Source of the DNA: Octopus bimaculoides
Lineage: Eukaryota
Direction: 5' to 3'
Assembly: GCF_001194135.2 (NCBI RefSeq)
Contig: NC_068992.1
Span: 44,871,486 to 44,935,485 of the forward strand
Length of the DNA: 64,000 nt
Shown: positions 52,566 to 64,000 of the stretch, piece after piece
How positions within the stretch are numbered: the stretch's first letter is position 1
How the letters are laid out: each line of letters begins with the position of its first letter
Notes under the pieces: generated by a model
Database searches by the model: none
Seen by the model: the letters and a program-made list of their open reading frames with translations, nothing else
What the model was told of the DNA's origin: nothing
Position numbers and translations under genes: made by a program

Positions 52566-54379
52566 TATATTTCATTAAAAAAATTTCTAAAGAATTGATT
52601 TGTCCAAAATGGCAGAATATCAAAACAATTTTCGTTGAGAAAGCCTAAACCTCATAATATGTCAACGTGGATTCATAGAACTATGTTGAAAGTTTAGGAA
52701 TAGAAAGAACAATATTTGGAGAAACAATCTGGTGATATCAGAAAAATTAAACTTCTGCACGTACTAAGGAAATTTGAAGCAGGATAGAGGATGATAATGT
52801 CAAACAAATACACTCACAGCTAATGGATATTTGCCTCACCGCTCTTTACAAATATCATGTAACATTTCCCAATTGACATTTCAGATATCCTTTTTTAAAA
52901 CCAAACACAAACTAATTAAAAACGAACAATGGCAGTCCTTTTTATTTTTGTTTTCCTTTTGTCATGTTAGTAATGCGTCTAGATTAATGTGGTTCAATGG
53001 AGTACGTATGCTAGTGTTCTGTAACGAACCGGAACCTAATTTAGGAAGTAAGTTTCGTATATTTTCAAAGGCACTGATTATATATGCATATGCCATTGGT
53101 CATATGGGCACTCCTTTAAAGTTGTTCAGCTTCACTCATTTAAAAAGTACTTTGTTTAAATTCACTTGGTAATAGCAGCATCATACAAAGCCATTTCATA
53201 GAGACACTGCCTTTTATGAAAACAATATTTTTAGTTGTGATTCAAATACCTAGTAGAGATAGAAATCCTTATGTCGTCATTCTGTTAAAGATACCTTGCT
53301 GCGCGCGATTCATTTAATCTATATTATCATGAATACTTTGGGGAAAGGAACTAGTTTCATGAGACACTTTCCCGTTTCAATCTAATATTTCCACATGAAT
53401 ACGAGTGAAAAATAATTACATTAAATAAGAAAATAGAGGACCAATATTTATTGTCAGTAACATTGTGTTTAAACCTTATGTCTTTAATTTACTGTTTATT
53501 AGATTCATACCATAGCCTTTTACACACGGATTATTTTCTGCTTTTATTTTTATTCACTTAATAATTGAATGTTATATATTACATAAACCAGGAAAATCAA
53601 TACTGAAAATTATTTATTTCACCTTTGTGAAGTATTTTTTAGGTAACATTTAGATTAATATTAGCAACGGGTAACGTTACCTACCAAAGCATTTTATACC
53701 ACAATGATAATTTGCCAACCTTTTTGTCCAATAATGAAATTTACTGAAATAAATTCACATTAAAAATAAAACAACTTTTAAAAGCCTAGAAACATAAAGT
53801 GTCCATTATTATCGTTTTCATATTATTTTTTAAATGTATTGTGTAAAATTATGTCTAAAATGGGTATGAATCTTACGTTATTATTTTTATTGTTTGTGAT
53901 AATAAGTGTTATTTACGCCCCTATCAATAATTGATTATATCCTACCCGTTTCAGTACTTTAAAAATGCCGTTACTGTAATTATATTTTAGATTTTAATTA
54001 TGATTCAAAAAGATGTAAACTGAATTGCAATATTGATAGCTAGGGAAAAATTATCAGAAAATAAGTGGATCACCAAATAGAGGAACTGGAATTGCGTTGG
54101 AAATATTAGTGACTGCCACGTTACACTTGGCTATATATACAATGACTTCGATGACAATGAAGAAACGCGTGTATTCTTATTAAAATTTTTTTCATACAAG
54201 AATGTTTTGGCATAGAATACTGTTGTGGTATAGAATACTCTTGTGGCAACAAATCCACTGAAGTAATGTATCTTTGGCTGGATATTTCATTCTTTATTGT
54301 CAAGGTGATGCGCGATGAGGGACTAAATCAACTAATTTAAAACCTGTTTCATTCATTCCAAGAACAGAAGTGTTTTAAT

Positions 54380-54760
54380 GATTGAAATAAATATTGGAAA
54401 GTTAACAAGTGCGCTTAGAGGTGATAAGAATGCATTTAAAGCCCCTGGAATAAATACATTTGATGAAGTTAATGAATATACCAGGATGACGACCATGCTT
54501 TATGTAGGGAAATAAATCCTAATTGTTTGAGTAATATTTGATTCTAGTGCATATTTTTACTCTTCAGTTTTATCACGATATCTCTTGAAAATAATGTTCA
54601 TGGCATATTTCATACGGGACGTCCATAGAAATAGTCACACCTTTGTGGATATACAAACGCGAAACAATTATTTTAGAAGGCTCGTTTACGCTTGGTAAAA
54701 AGACAAAACCATACATTAGAAAGATAATAAAGCAATAAAAGGCATTACGATATTTGATAT
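54380..54760 (+). mobile_element. Possible old LINE relic
   Basis: EINIGKLTSALRGDKNAFKAPGIN resembles the pre-RT KAPGxD segment, and NYFRRL...KAI resembles the R4 post-RT segment. Highly decayed. Confidence 0.3.
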
Positions 54761-56361
54761 TTCGGCTGAAACCTAGCACATAAACATCACTATAATATGA
54801 ATAAGGAAATTACGTATTCTCTTGCCATACATTGAATGTTAACATCTCAGGGAACATGTAAGTAAATGTATTTATCACAGAAATGGGAGAGAAATCATTG
54901 AATAACTGGTTAGCTGTATAGCAGAAGAAAATCTGCAATACTCATTTACAGGATTGTATTACATGAAGACTTTTAATTTGAATCTCTATTTGGTGAACAG
55001 ATAAGCGATCAAGAATTTTACTTTGCTATCACATGGTTCCGAGTTTGATCTCACTGCACAGCACATTGGACAGGTTTGTTCTAACATTACCTAGAATTAA
55101 TCTCGGACCTGGGAACATAAGAGGCTAAAATTATGTGGAAACCAATCAGACTATGCTTGTTCTTTGGTGGCTGCATTAAATTTGGTGCCTCCTTTAGAAC
55201 TTGCACCAAGAAGTTGGCCAACTTCAAGCGGATTCCACACCTTTGCTAGCATTTCTAGTTCTATTTAGCCCCTTCACACCAGTTTTCGAGATAATTTTGA
55301 AATAGTCCTGACATGGCGACAGAAAACAATAATTAATATTTTTGGAAAAAATTTTATTTCCTACAGAATTACGTACTCTGTGGTTTAGTGTATTATATTA
55401 TAATGTACATTTGGGGGTCTTGCATTACTACCATACAATTTACAGTTATACCAATATAAACTATTATCATCGGAACTCTCTAGCACTTCCACCATTATTG
55501 TCGACGCAAGAGAGATCTGACCACATTTTATACGTAAGAGTAACTTCACTTTTTAAAACAACGAATCGGAATAGGACAAAAAGAACCCAAAATAATTTAC
55601 ATTTACTTCATTTTGAACATTTTTCTTTGTCGCCTAGAATTATAAATAACTCTGAATATAAGTAGTTCTACATCTACATTTTCTGTTTCAAGATTTTGCA
55701 ACTTTCTTGATAATATTACTTAATTAAATTTTCTTGGTAATTGAGGAATTTTTTATATTTTCTATATTAGCTATCAGAAATAATATTGCATGTTAATATT
55801 AGTCGTAGAAAATTGAATGTCTGCACAACGAAGCAAAATTTAGATAAATATTCAGAAAATATGATTGAAGTTTGAGCTGATAATTATCTTACATGAAAGG
55901 CTTAATTTGTCACGGTGAAGTGCTTCAACAGGAAACAGTTCATAAGTTTAAGAGAAAATAAGAAATACAGGATTAAATATTTTCATTAAAACCAACGATC
56001 CTATATTTACTGTAACACTCGAACAGTATTTAGACTCCTCAGGTAACTTCAAATAGAAACGACCACCTGAAAGATGTGATATCAATGAGATTAATTTAGG
56101 CTGAAGATTAAACTGTCTGTATACAGAAGTTATATAAATGAGATACTGAATCTTCAAGCCGATGCTGCTGATCAAATGGAGAAAACGTTTGATAATTAGA
56201 ATGCTGCTGAAAGAGAAATATTGAGATGTATATAGTAAGGTATATAATACTAGCTCTAAGAAAGATGCTATGCAGTTATGTCTGAAGTTCAGCGTCTGGA
56301 TTGTTATATAAGTGTATGTATCCTAAGTATGAAAACACGTATGCATGGACATATACATGCG

Positions 56362-56750
56362 TATATATTGAAAACCAACGGGTATCCCAGATCCATTGTA
56401 AATCAGCTTAAGTACCCAAGGCGACCAACACGCCGAACACATAGAAAACCCAGCAACAAATGCTTCTTTAAAATACCCCATTTTAGCGAGAGGATAACTG
56501 CAGCCATCCGAAGCGCCATAAGCAGAGAAGGGCTAGACATACAACTAGCCCACTCCGGCCCCTCTCTGTTGTGTCTGGAAATATTCATTCTGTTTTAGTG
56601 CCTTATAATTGGACACACTCACCGGTAAAATTTCCATTCATTTCTTTCTTTATTTTACTAAAACTCTCGTTGAGTCTTGCAAACTTTTCAATAATTGTTG
56701 ACTCTGTCCGTTATTCATACTTCGTTCTCTTTGTTTGTTTGTGAGAATGT
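56362..56750 (+). mobile_element. Penelope-like element fragment: RT thumb/linker fused to a terminal-repeat-like segment
   Basis: ILKTNGYPRSIVNQL...FFKIPHFSERITAAIRSAISREGLDIQLAHSGPSL matches LxxNGYP...LPY...IxxxLxxxxIxV of PLEs. It switches at about 56565 to gtgtctggaaatattcattctgttttagtgccttataattggacacactcaccgg, which I recall as a frequent octopus repeat. Confidence 0.75.
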
Positions 56751-57617
56751 GTGTGAGTCAGTGTGTGTATGCATACACATGTATGTATGTATGTATGTAT
56801 GTATGTATGTATGTATGTAGAAAGGGAATATCTATTACATGATTTTCAGGCATGTATTCTTTTAGGGAAAGAATAATGATCACTATCTTCCTTTGTTCAC
56901 CTATCCTTGAGGGATTAACTATATCCATAGTCAGCAAAAGATGGTTTCAAATTGAGTATTTGAAGTGATAATTAAATTCTGCTCAACTTGCCTTTTCTTG
57001 TGGTAGATTTCAGATTTAGTGGTTCAATGCAATGTTTTCTGATTTATGGAGATATTTTGTAAATATTCTCTCTACGAGAAAATGTTTTCTGGTAATCTCA
57101 TCACACACACAGGCACAATCACACACACACAGATGTAAATATTTATTCATATATATGCATGTTAATATATATTAATACATGCACCTGCCTATCTTTCTCT
57201 CCTTGTGTGTGTGAGTTTGTGCATATGTTGTGCGTGTTTGCTACTGAGCGTTAATCAGGTATCACTATTTTCCTCATACCTGCCGACAGTTTCTCACATG
57301 TCATCCAGCTCTCTATTGATCAAAACCTCCGTTGTCTTTGAGCAACAACATAAATGATATACCTTCATAACTCAATTAACAGCCTGCAGCTATGCAGATC
57401 AAATTATCAAAACTTTGACTGATCTCGTTTGCTAACCACATGACGTTAATGTTTCTATATAGGTCAATTTACAAAGTCTATTTGTAAGCATAAACTAGAT
57501 TATCGAAATGTCTGACAAAGAATCAAAACCGAATCGGTAAAATAGCTTTTCCGAATCGTGTCTCCAAGAAACTATAATTATTATTTCATATACGCGCAAC
57601 AGATTAGACTTTTGGAA

Positions 57618-57618
<1 letters not shown>

Positions 57619-57666
<48 letters not shown>

Positions 57667-57695
57667 CATTAGTAGTAGTAGTAGTAGTAGTAGTA
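57619..57695. repeat. (ATT)n(AGT)n microsatellite
   Basis: Direct inspection. Confidence 0.95.
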
Positions 57696-57864
57696 TTGTT
57701 TCATGAACAATATAACTAACGCGAACAATAATAAATCTTGCCGCTTCTATTCCTAAGTTATTACACTACCATATTGCTTGTTGCTATTTCATTGTACAAA
57801 TGTATTTCACGAATATCTGTATATTTTATTCACTGAGCCAATGAATTATATATACACGCATATC

Positions 57865-57993
<129 letters not shown>

Positions 57994-59851
57994 GATGTAA
58001 ATGGATTGTTGACAAATCGGCTCCAAGTAAGTTGGCTTCTTTGTGTGAAAATAACTGTTTGTTGTTGAACATTTTTGTGAAAGAGTTGTCTAACATCTTC
58101 CCCCTTTCAGCCTAGGTAAATCATTTAAAAGGAAATGCCTCCCTTGCGGATGAATTTCTCAAGTATTAGAAAATTTAATAAATTTCGATCTGTTTAAATT
58201 CCAGGCCACCATTATGATATGATGTGAAAATAAATCAGGAACTACATGGGTATTCTATAGTTGATTGGGAATTGCATAAAATGAAAGGACAGTCGTAATG
58301 CTCGTTGATACAAAAATGAAGGAAAGAATTGTCTTTCAATAAGTAATCTCATGTGAAGACTAACCACATATACGAAATTCTGTAAGCTACAATGTTATCA
58401 TTATATACCAAATATTTACTCCAACTTAAAGAAGTAGGTCCTCTTTCTCTTTATATATAGCGTTACAAGTACGTTATAAGGCTAAAAGTGCATATATAGC
58501 TGTGTATGAACGCGAAAGAGAGAAAGAGAGAAAGAGAGAGAGATGAAGAGAGATTGTGTGTATTCTTGCAGGTAGGTGATGTGGGATATGATATATTTTA
58601 AAAGAAAAAAATATACTCTGTTTAGCAAAAATCCTTGTTAAAATGTGAATATGCTGTTCGTTAAGAAAATCTTTCGAATTTCATTTCATTATGTGTCTTT
58701 TTTGTTTTCTCGAAGGAACATGAATAATTTATGAGAAAATCAATAAAATAGAAGGCATACATTAGATGTTCTTATCTAGCTTCCAGGAAAGAAAATCATT
58801 GTTTTTTAAATCTGAAATTTTAGAGAAGCCAATTTGCGTCTAGTTCAGTTAGAAATGAAAATAGGGTAGTCTTTGTCTGAAAAGATAATTTTTTTTTTTA
58901 TTCAAGAGAAAACAAGAATCGGTTCAAGAATTAAGAAATATTCATTGTAATATTCACTATGTTCAATATACAAATCGATGTATTATAAACATTAGTGAGT
59001 CTTTCTAGAGACATAAATGTAAGGTATATTCCGAAATAGTAGTAATGTTCAAAATATCATCAATTACAATTGAGCCTAGTCACACATTTACAAACTTTTC
59101 GCCTAGTTGCATTCTTTTGTGGAATCTAAAAGATAACCGTGCAGCCTGAAGCTGACCTACTTAATCAGGTACACTTGAGTACAAGGTTTTGGATTCATGA
59201 CTGATGTCTGGACAATAACAGTAACTACAATTGTAAGCAATAAAAACTTTGCATAATATCTTTCCATCAGAAGGTACCATACATTCTAAAAATATCATTC
59301 AACATAGCTACGTCTACACCAGAAAAAAAAAAGTTGAAAGAGACTGTATACAACCAAGATGAACTGAAATGTACGACATTCGAATGATGGCACAGTCACA
59401 ACTAGTCTTATAAAAATATAACACACACACGCACGCGCACACACACACGCGCGCACACACACACGCACACACATACATACGTGTATGTATGTAAGCTTGT
59501 ATGTACGCACATCAAGGAAAGTAAAGCTGAATTTCTTGCATCAATACAACAAAATAATTCACTCAAGAAGCTTACTAAATTATTTTCTATTGGAAATATT
59601 GCAAATTGAAGGACCTAAGTTGATTAGGAGGAACATAGAAATGTTTCATTCTACAACTGTTAGTAGATTTATAAGTGAATAAGAGATTCCGAAAACGAAG
59701 AATTATAACATATGTACATTATAAATGCCTATGTATATGCATATTTGCGTGTACGAGTGTGTATATGTGTATATACACGCACACACACACACATATATTC
59801 GTATATATGTATATATATACGTATGTTTTACACATATACATACATATGTAC

Positions 59852-59893
<42 letters not shown>

Positions 59894-60814
59894 CATACAT
59901 ACACACATACACATACACAAACACACACACACACACATATATATATACATATATATATATATATGTATATGTTTGCGTGTTTTTGTACATGTATGTGTAT
60001 CTTATCTGAAACAACTATATACTGATGTATACGTAAAGTGTGATATCTCTACTATTCAGAATACTTAAGTAATTCATAATTTTAGACACGTTTCTCTTGG
60101 CTAAGTAATGATATTTGTTTGTTCCTACTATTTCCCATCTTCTCTACTTTTTTCGTTCCTCTTCCTTTTTTGATCCTCTCACAAGTGACTATTAAGCAAG
60201 CGACTGTGTAGTTAAATTGATAAATCCCATCTAAGTCTATATATGAGGGAACACTATAACTTTGGTCTAACAACACTACGGAATGCACTTTTAAGTTGAA
60301 GCAATACAAAATGAATATTCCCTTAGTAAGTACAGCTAGTACGTATTTAATGTACTTATTTTCTTCGAAGTAATTTTTTTACACATAATATATTACAGAT
60401 ATAGGCAAAAATGTAGGGAATGAGACACGCGTAAGTATTGGAGACAAAAAAACTAAATGAAATTAATGTAAAAGATTCGATATTTAGAAACATACTAAAT
60501 ATGTCCCTCGAGATGATTACTTACATTCCATTTCACACATTCAACTACAAGTTCTTCATTCTCAAAGAGTATTCTTTTTTGCAGATTTTCTTTACTTTTA
60601 TAATTCTCTTTTAACCATAGCCCAGTATGCTTTCACCACATCTAATTATTTTGATATTTGATTACTGTGAAAAATTCCTGACATTTTTTGCTCTTCATGA
60701 TTTTCCCCTGCCGTTGTCTCCATCGAAGCACATTTCTAGATGCGGAGTGACATTGTATTGCTTCTAATAAATAGTTTATTGGTTTGCACATAGAAATCCA
60801 GCTAATCCAGCAGT

Positions 60815-60847
60815 TCATTATTATTATTATTTTCAATATTATTGTTA

Positions 60848-60921
<74 letters not shown>

Positions 60922-61760
60922 GTTATTATGTTGTTGTTGTTGTTGTTGTTGTTGTTTTTCTTTCTTCAAATTTTCTTCTATTTCTCGCCGAGTGTTTTCC
61001 GTACACCTAGGACAGAGAAGCTCATTGTATACGTAAAGTGTGATATCTCTACATGGGGAGAGTGTTTTCCGTACACCTAGGGCAGAGAAGTTCATTGTAT
61101 GCATTCCCAGTTTACACACGCAAATCCACAGGTAAAATATGTATTTTAAAAATCAATAATTAAATAAAATCATGAATGGATGTTGTTGTCACAGCGATAA
61201 TGCTCTTCTCAGTACATGAGTCGTTCCAGTTAACACGATTTTTGCACTTCTTGTAGTCACAGCAACATAGAGCTCCATAAGCTTTGAGAGTTTTATCAAT
61301 CATTTCGACTGCTTAATACCAGTTCAATCATTTATTTTGTAATATCCCCACTGCTGATATTGCCTGAACCACTATGGTAATATTTCCGACTAATTGCCTC
61401 ATCTTTTGGAGGTGCAACTCAGTGGCATTTTATTTTGAATTTCTTGTTAAAACAAATATTTCAAAATGTTTCAAAACATCTGCTGTTGATTTCCTCATTG
61501 ATAACAGAGAAAATACATCCTATCCGCCCTCTTCTTACCATATTTCTCGACATACACAATCTATCGGCATCGATTTTAGTCTGCAACTCCTTGTTCATTG
61601 TTATCTCTTTCCTCCTCTTTCTAGTCTGTTCTTCAAGCTCATTCTTTGTCCATCTAACAGCACCAGGGTCAGCGTCGCAGATAAAACTCTTCATGAAATT
61701 TTTACGCATTCTTTACATTTTGAATTTATATACTAATATCCAGATGAATTCAACTTTGCC
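60815..61760 (-). mobile_element. Internally deleted R4/Dong-like LINE with 3' UTR and (CAA)n(TAA)n tail
   Basis: GAVRWTKNELEEQTRKRRKEITMNKELQTKIDADRLCMSRNMVRRG (61461-61709) resembles WTxxELxxLDRKTRKxLTMxxxLHPKADxDRLYxxRxxGGRG. AKIVLTGTTHVLRRALSL* ends at about 61195. The minus-strand tail spans 60955 to 60815. Confidence 0.8.
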
Positions 61761-62039
61761 AACCATATTTTCGTAGTCGAGAAAGTACGGCCCCATCAAG
61801 CACTATTGTCTATAAAAGCTTTTACTGTATGTTTAAGCTATGTTGCGCAATACTGTCTTTTGTTTGACTGAGAAATAATTTGCTACTTACATCTATGTTG
61901 TATTGTCTGATTTGTTTAGTTCTCTGTTCCGTTTGATTGCCGCGTACAATAAGTGCAATGTAATTGATCTTATTCTAGTGGAAGATGCTTGTGCAGACAT
62001 TGTGTTATGTTGGTTATGAATTGCAGTTGTTTTGCAATG

Positions 62040-62700
62040 AATATATAGGATAGACATTTTATTCACTGTGTATAATGATGTGAATATACTTTACCGTTTA
62101 GAATTTTGTTAGTTTTCTTCTCTATCACACCCATTATACTAATTAGAGAAAACATCGAGTCTATTTCCTGAGTTGCTCGTAAGTTTTGACAGCTTTTCGA
62201 CTTTATTCGTATGATGTTTCCATCTAAAGGAATCGATATACATCTGCATATATTTTCCTTCCTGTTTGTTATTCGCTTTGATTGTGCTGTCAGAGTGGAG
62301 AGGTAAGCCACTCATTATTAAAGCCCAGTCATTATCACAAACTGCGTTTGTTGCATATTAGTATGCTGGTATTCTCAGATTCTATGACATATAGAGCATC
62401 ACTCAATGTATCTAGGTGTCTACTCGCTCATGTCTCTGGGTATATTCTTTGCAAAGTATAGACATCCAGTAATGAAGTGGTCAATTGATTTTGTGTCCGT
62501 ATTGTAAATTCTGTTATTGACTTCAGTCTTTGTTTTTTTTTTTATTTTTTGCTAGTAACTTTTGTGAATAAACATTGATTTTGCGGAACTAAAATTAAAC
62601 TCTCCGTTCTGTGTTTATTAGAGAGCTTTCAGCTATTGACGTGTCTCTTATTACTACGTGGTTTTGTGTTCCGGTTTTGCTTTAATAGATAATTCAATCC
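62040..62700 (-). mobile_element. Second R4/Dong-like LINE relic: zinc knuckle plus REL endonuclease region (weak similarity may continue to ~63400)
   Basis: In order on the minus strand: TESLILVPQNQCLFTK (TEGxIxAAQDQxLxT), SIDHFITGCLYFAK (ETIDHIxSGCxxLAK) and RKENICRCISIPLDGNI...SIMGVIEKKTNK (PD-(D/E)xK endonuclease region). Many stops. Confidence 0.7.
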
Positions 62701-64000
62701 TGCTTTGATTGTACATTTGTATTTTTCACATTATCTCTTGTTTTGGACCGTCTAACCGTCTTTGTTTTCAGTTTTAATGAATTTGGCTGCTCTTACTGTA
62801 ACTTTGGTACATTTTGATGTAACAATTGAATTGTAATGCAGTTGGTGTTTTAATAATGTAAAGTGTGATAATTTGGGGTGTCATTTGCTAATAGGCTCAG
62901 AGTTACACAGCAGAGTAATATTCCCGACATATTAGTTCCTTTTCTTTTGTGACGGGCTGTCATTTAAGTACAATCCACTTTTATGGCACGTTGTTATTGG
63001 TTTGTTCTTCCATATGTACATATTAATGTTGCTATATTACCTTAATAATGGATGACTGTCCGACGTTTCTAATAACGAAGAGCGATGTATGTTATCAACG
63101 TATATTTGATAATTAATTCATATGAGGGAAGATTAGTCACTCTTTTTGTGGTCTTCAATAATCATTCGATTTCCCAATAGTTCCTCCTCACATTTATACC
63201 TCTCTTTTGGAGATTTTTATCAGGACTTCTACTTTTAGAGATTTTAATCTACACATCTTATCTCAGCTCTTTTGCAGCTCATCTTGTAAGATATCATTAA
63301 TTAATTTTACATTGTGTTTTATCTTGCTTTTGTAAAAATGGTATTGCGCTACCAATTTAGGGGTTCTTTATAATTAACACTTCTGTGTGAAAGCCTTTGC
63401 ATTTCGCTTATATTTTCAGGAGATATTTGTTACTTCTTAGCACGAGGAATCTGCTCTTTTTCATTCTTATAAATAGATCTTATTGCTCTTTAGTTTATTC
63501 TAATCATCACAATCTTACTCAAGACACCGCCTTTATAGAAAATAGGATAAAGATTTTATTAACTTTGTTCCTACTAGGTTTATCTAATAGCATATTACCT
63601 TAACATCACTATCAACAAAATCCTCGATCGATTCTATGTTATGCTACTATACAAAGCCCCTAAATTTATTTTCCGCTGTACATGACAAACATTTCGATAT
63701 TTTTCTCTTTATTCAGCAACAATCGTGCCGCTCACTCCATTAATTCACAATATATATTGACGAAACTATATGATAATCAATTGATGTTTGCACAGTTATT
63801 CCTAATTTATTTAAACAAATATTAATTATATTTGATTTGGGAATTTAAAGATTGTTATTTCGTGGCCTATACATGTTTCTTAGGGGAATCTCCATTACAG
63901 CAGTGAACATTAGTTTATATATATAATAATACATATACATATATGTATGTATTTATGTATGTATGTATGTATGTATGTATGCATACATATATATATATAT

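Noticed and set aside
55210-55225. Perfect 16-bp palindrome gaagttggccaacttc
   Set aside because: One or two palindromes of this length are expected by chance in about 60 kb.
60990-61100. Repeat-spacer-repeat unit resembling a CRISPR array
   Set aside because: Only two repeats, eukaryotic context, no cas genes, and it lies inside a LINE 3' UTR. Kept only as a templated-duplication finding.

Overview
AT-rich, microsatellite-dense eukaryotic genomic DNA with nine assembly gaps (about 3.5 kb of N in total), mostly bordered by simple repeats. The SINE and LINE families look like those of octopus/coleoid cephalopods; this is recognition from memory, not a database search. No intact protein-coding gene is present, and nearly all ORFs in the supplied track are microsatellite, gap or AT-rich noise. 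The window reads as intronic or intergenic. It holds many tRNA-type SINE fragments and decayed transposons: R4/Dong-like LINE relics (zinc knuckle, REL endonuclease, (TAA)n tails), an RTE-like LINE 3' end with three C2H2 fingers, three Penelope-like (PLE) fragments, a mariner 5' half with its TIR, and a probable Chapaev3 transposase N-terminus. Two short + strand exon candidates (20366-20391 and 26670-26701) splice in frame. The most striking feature is a 570-bp near-perfect foldback (27569-28138). Its arms each carry a minimal type-I hammerhead ribozyme motif reading outward from the centre: intact on the minus strand (27731-27773) and with a damaged stem II on the plus strand (27934-27976). 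Two further long inverted repeats lie at 20523-20796 and 22269-22451.
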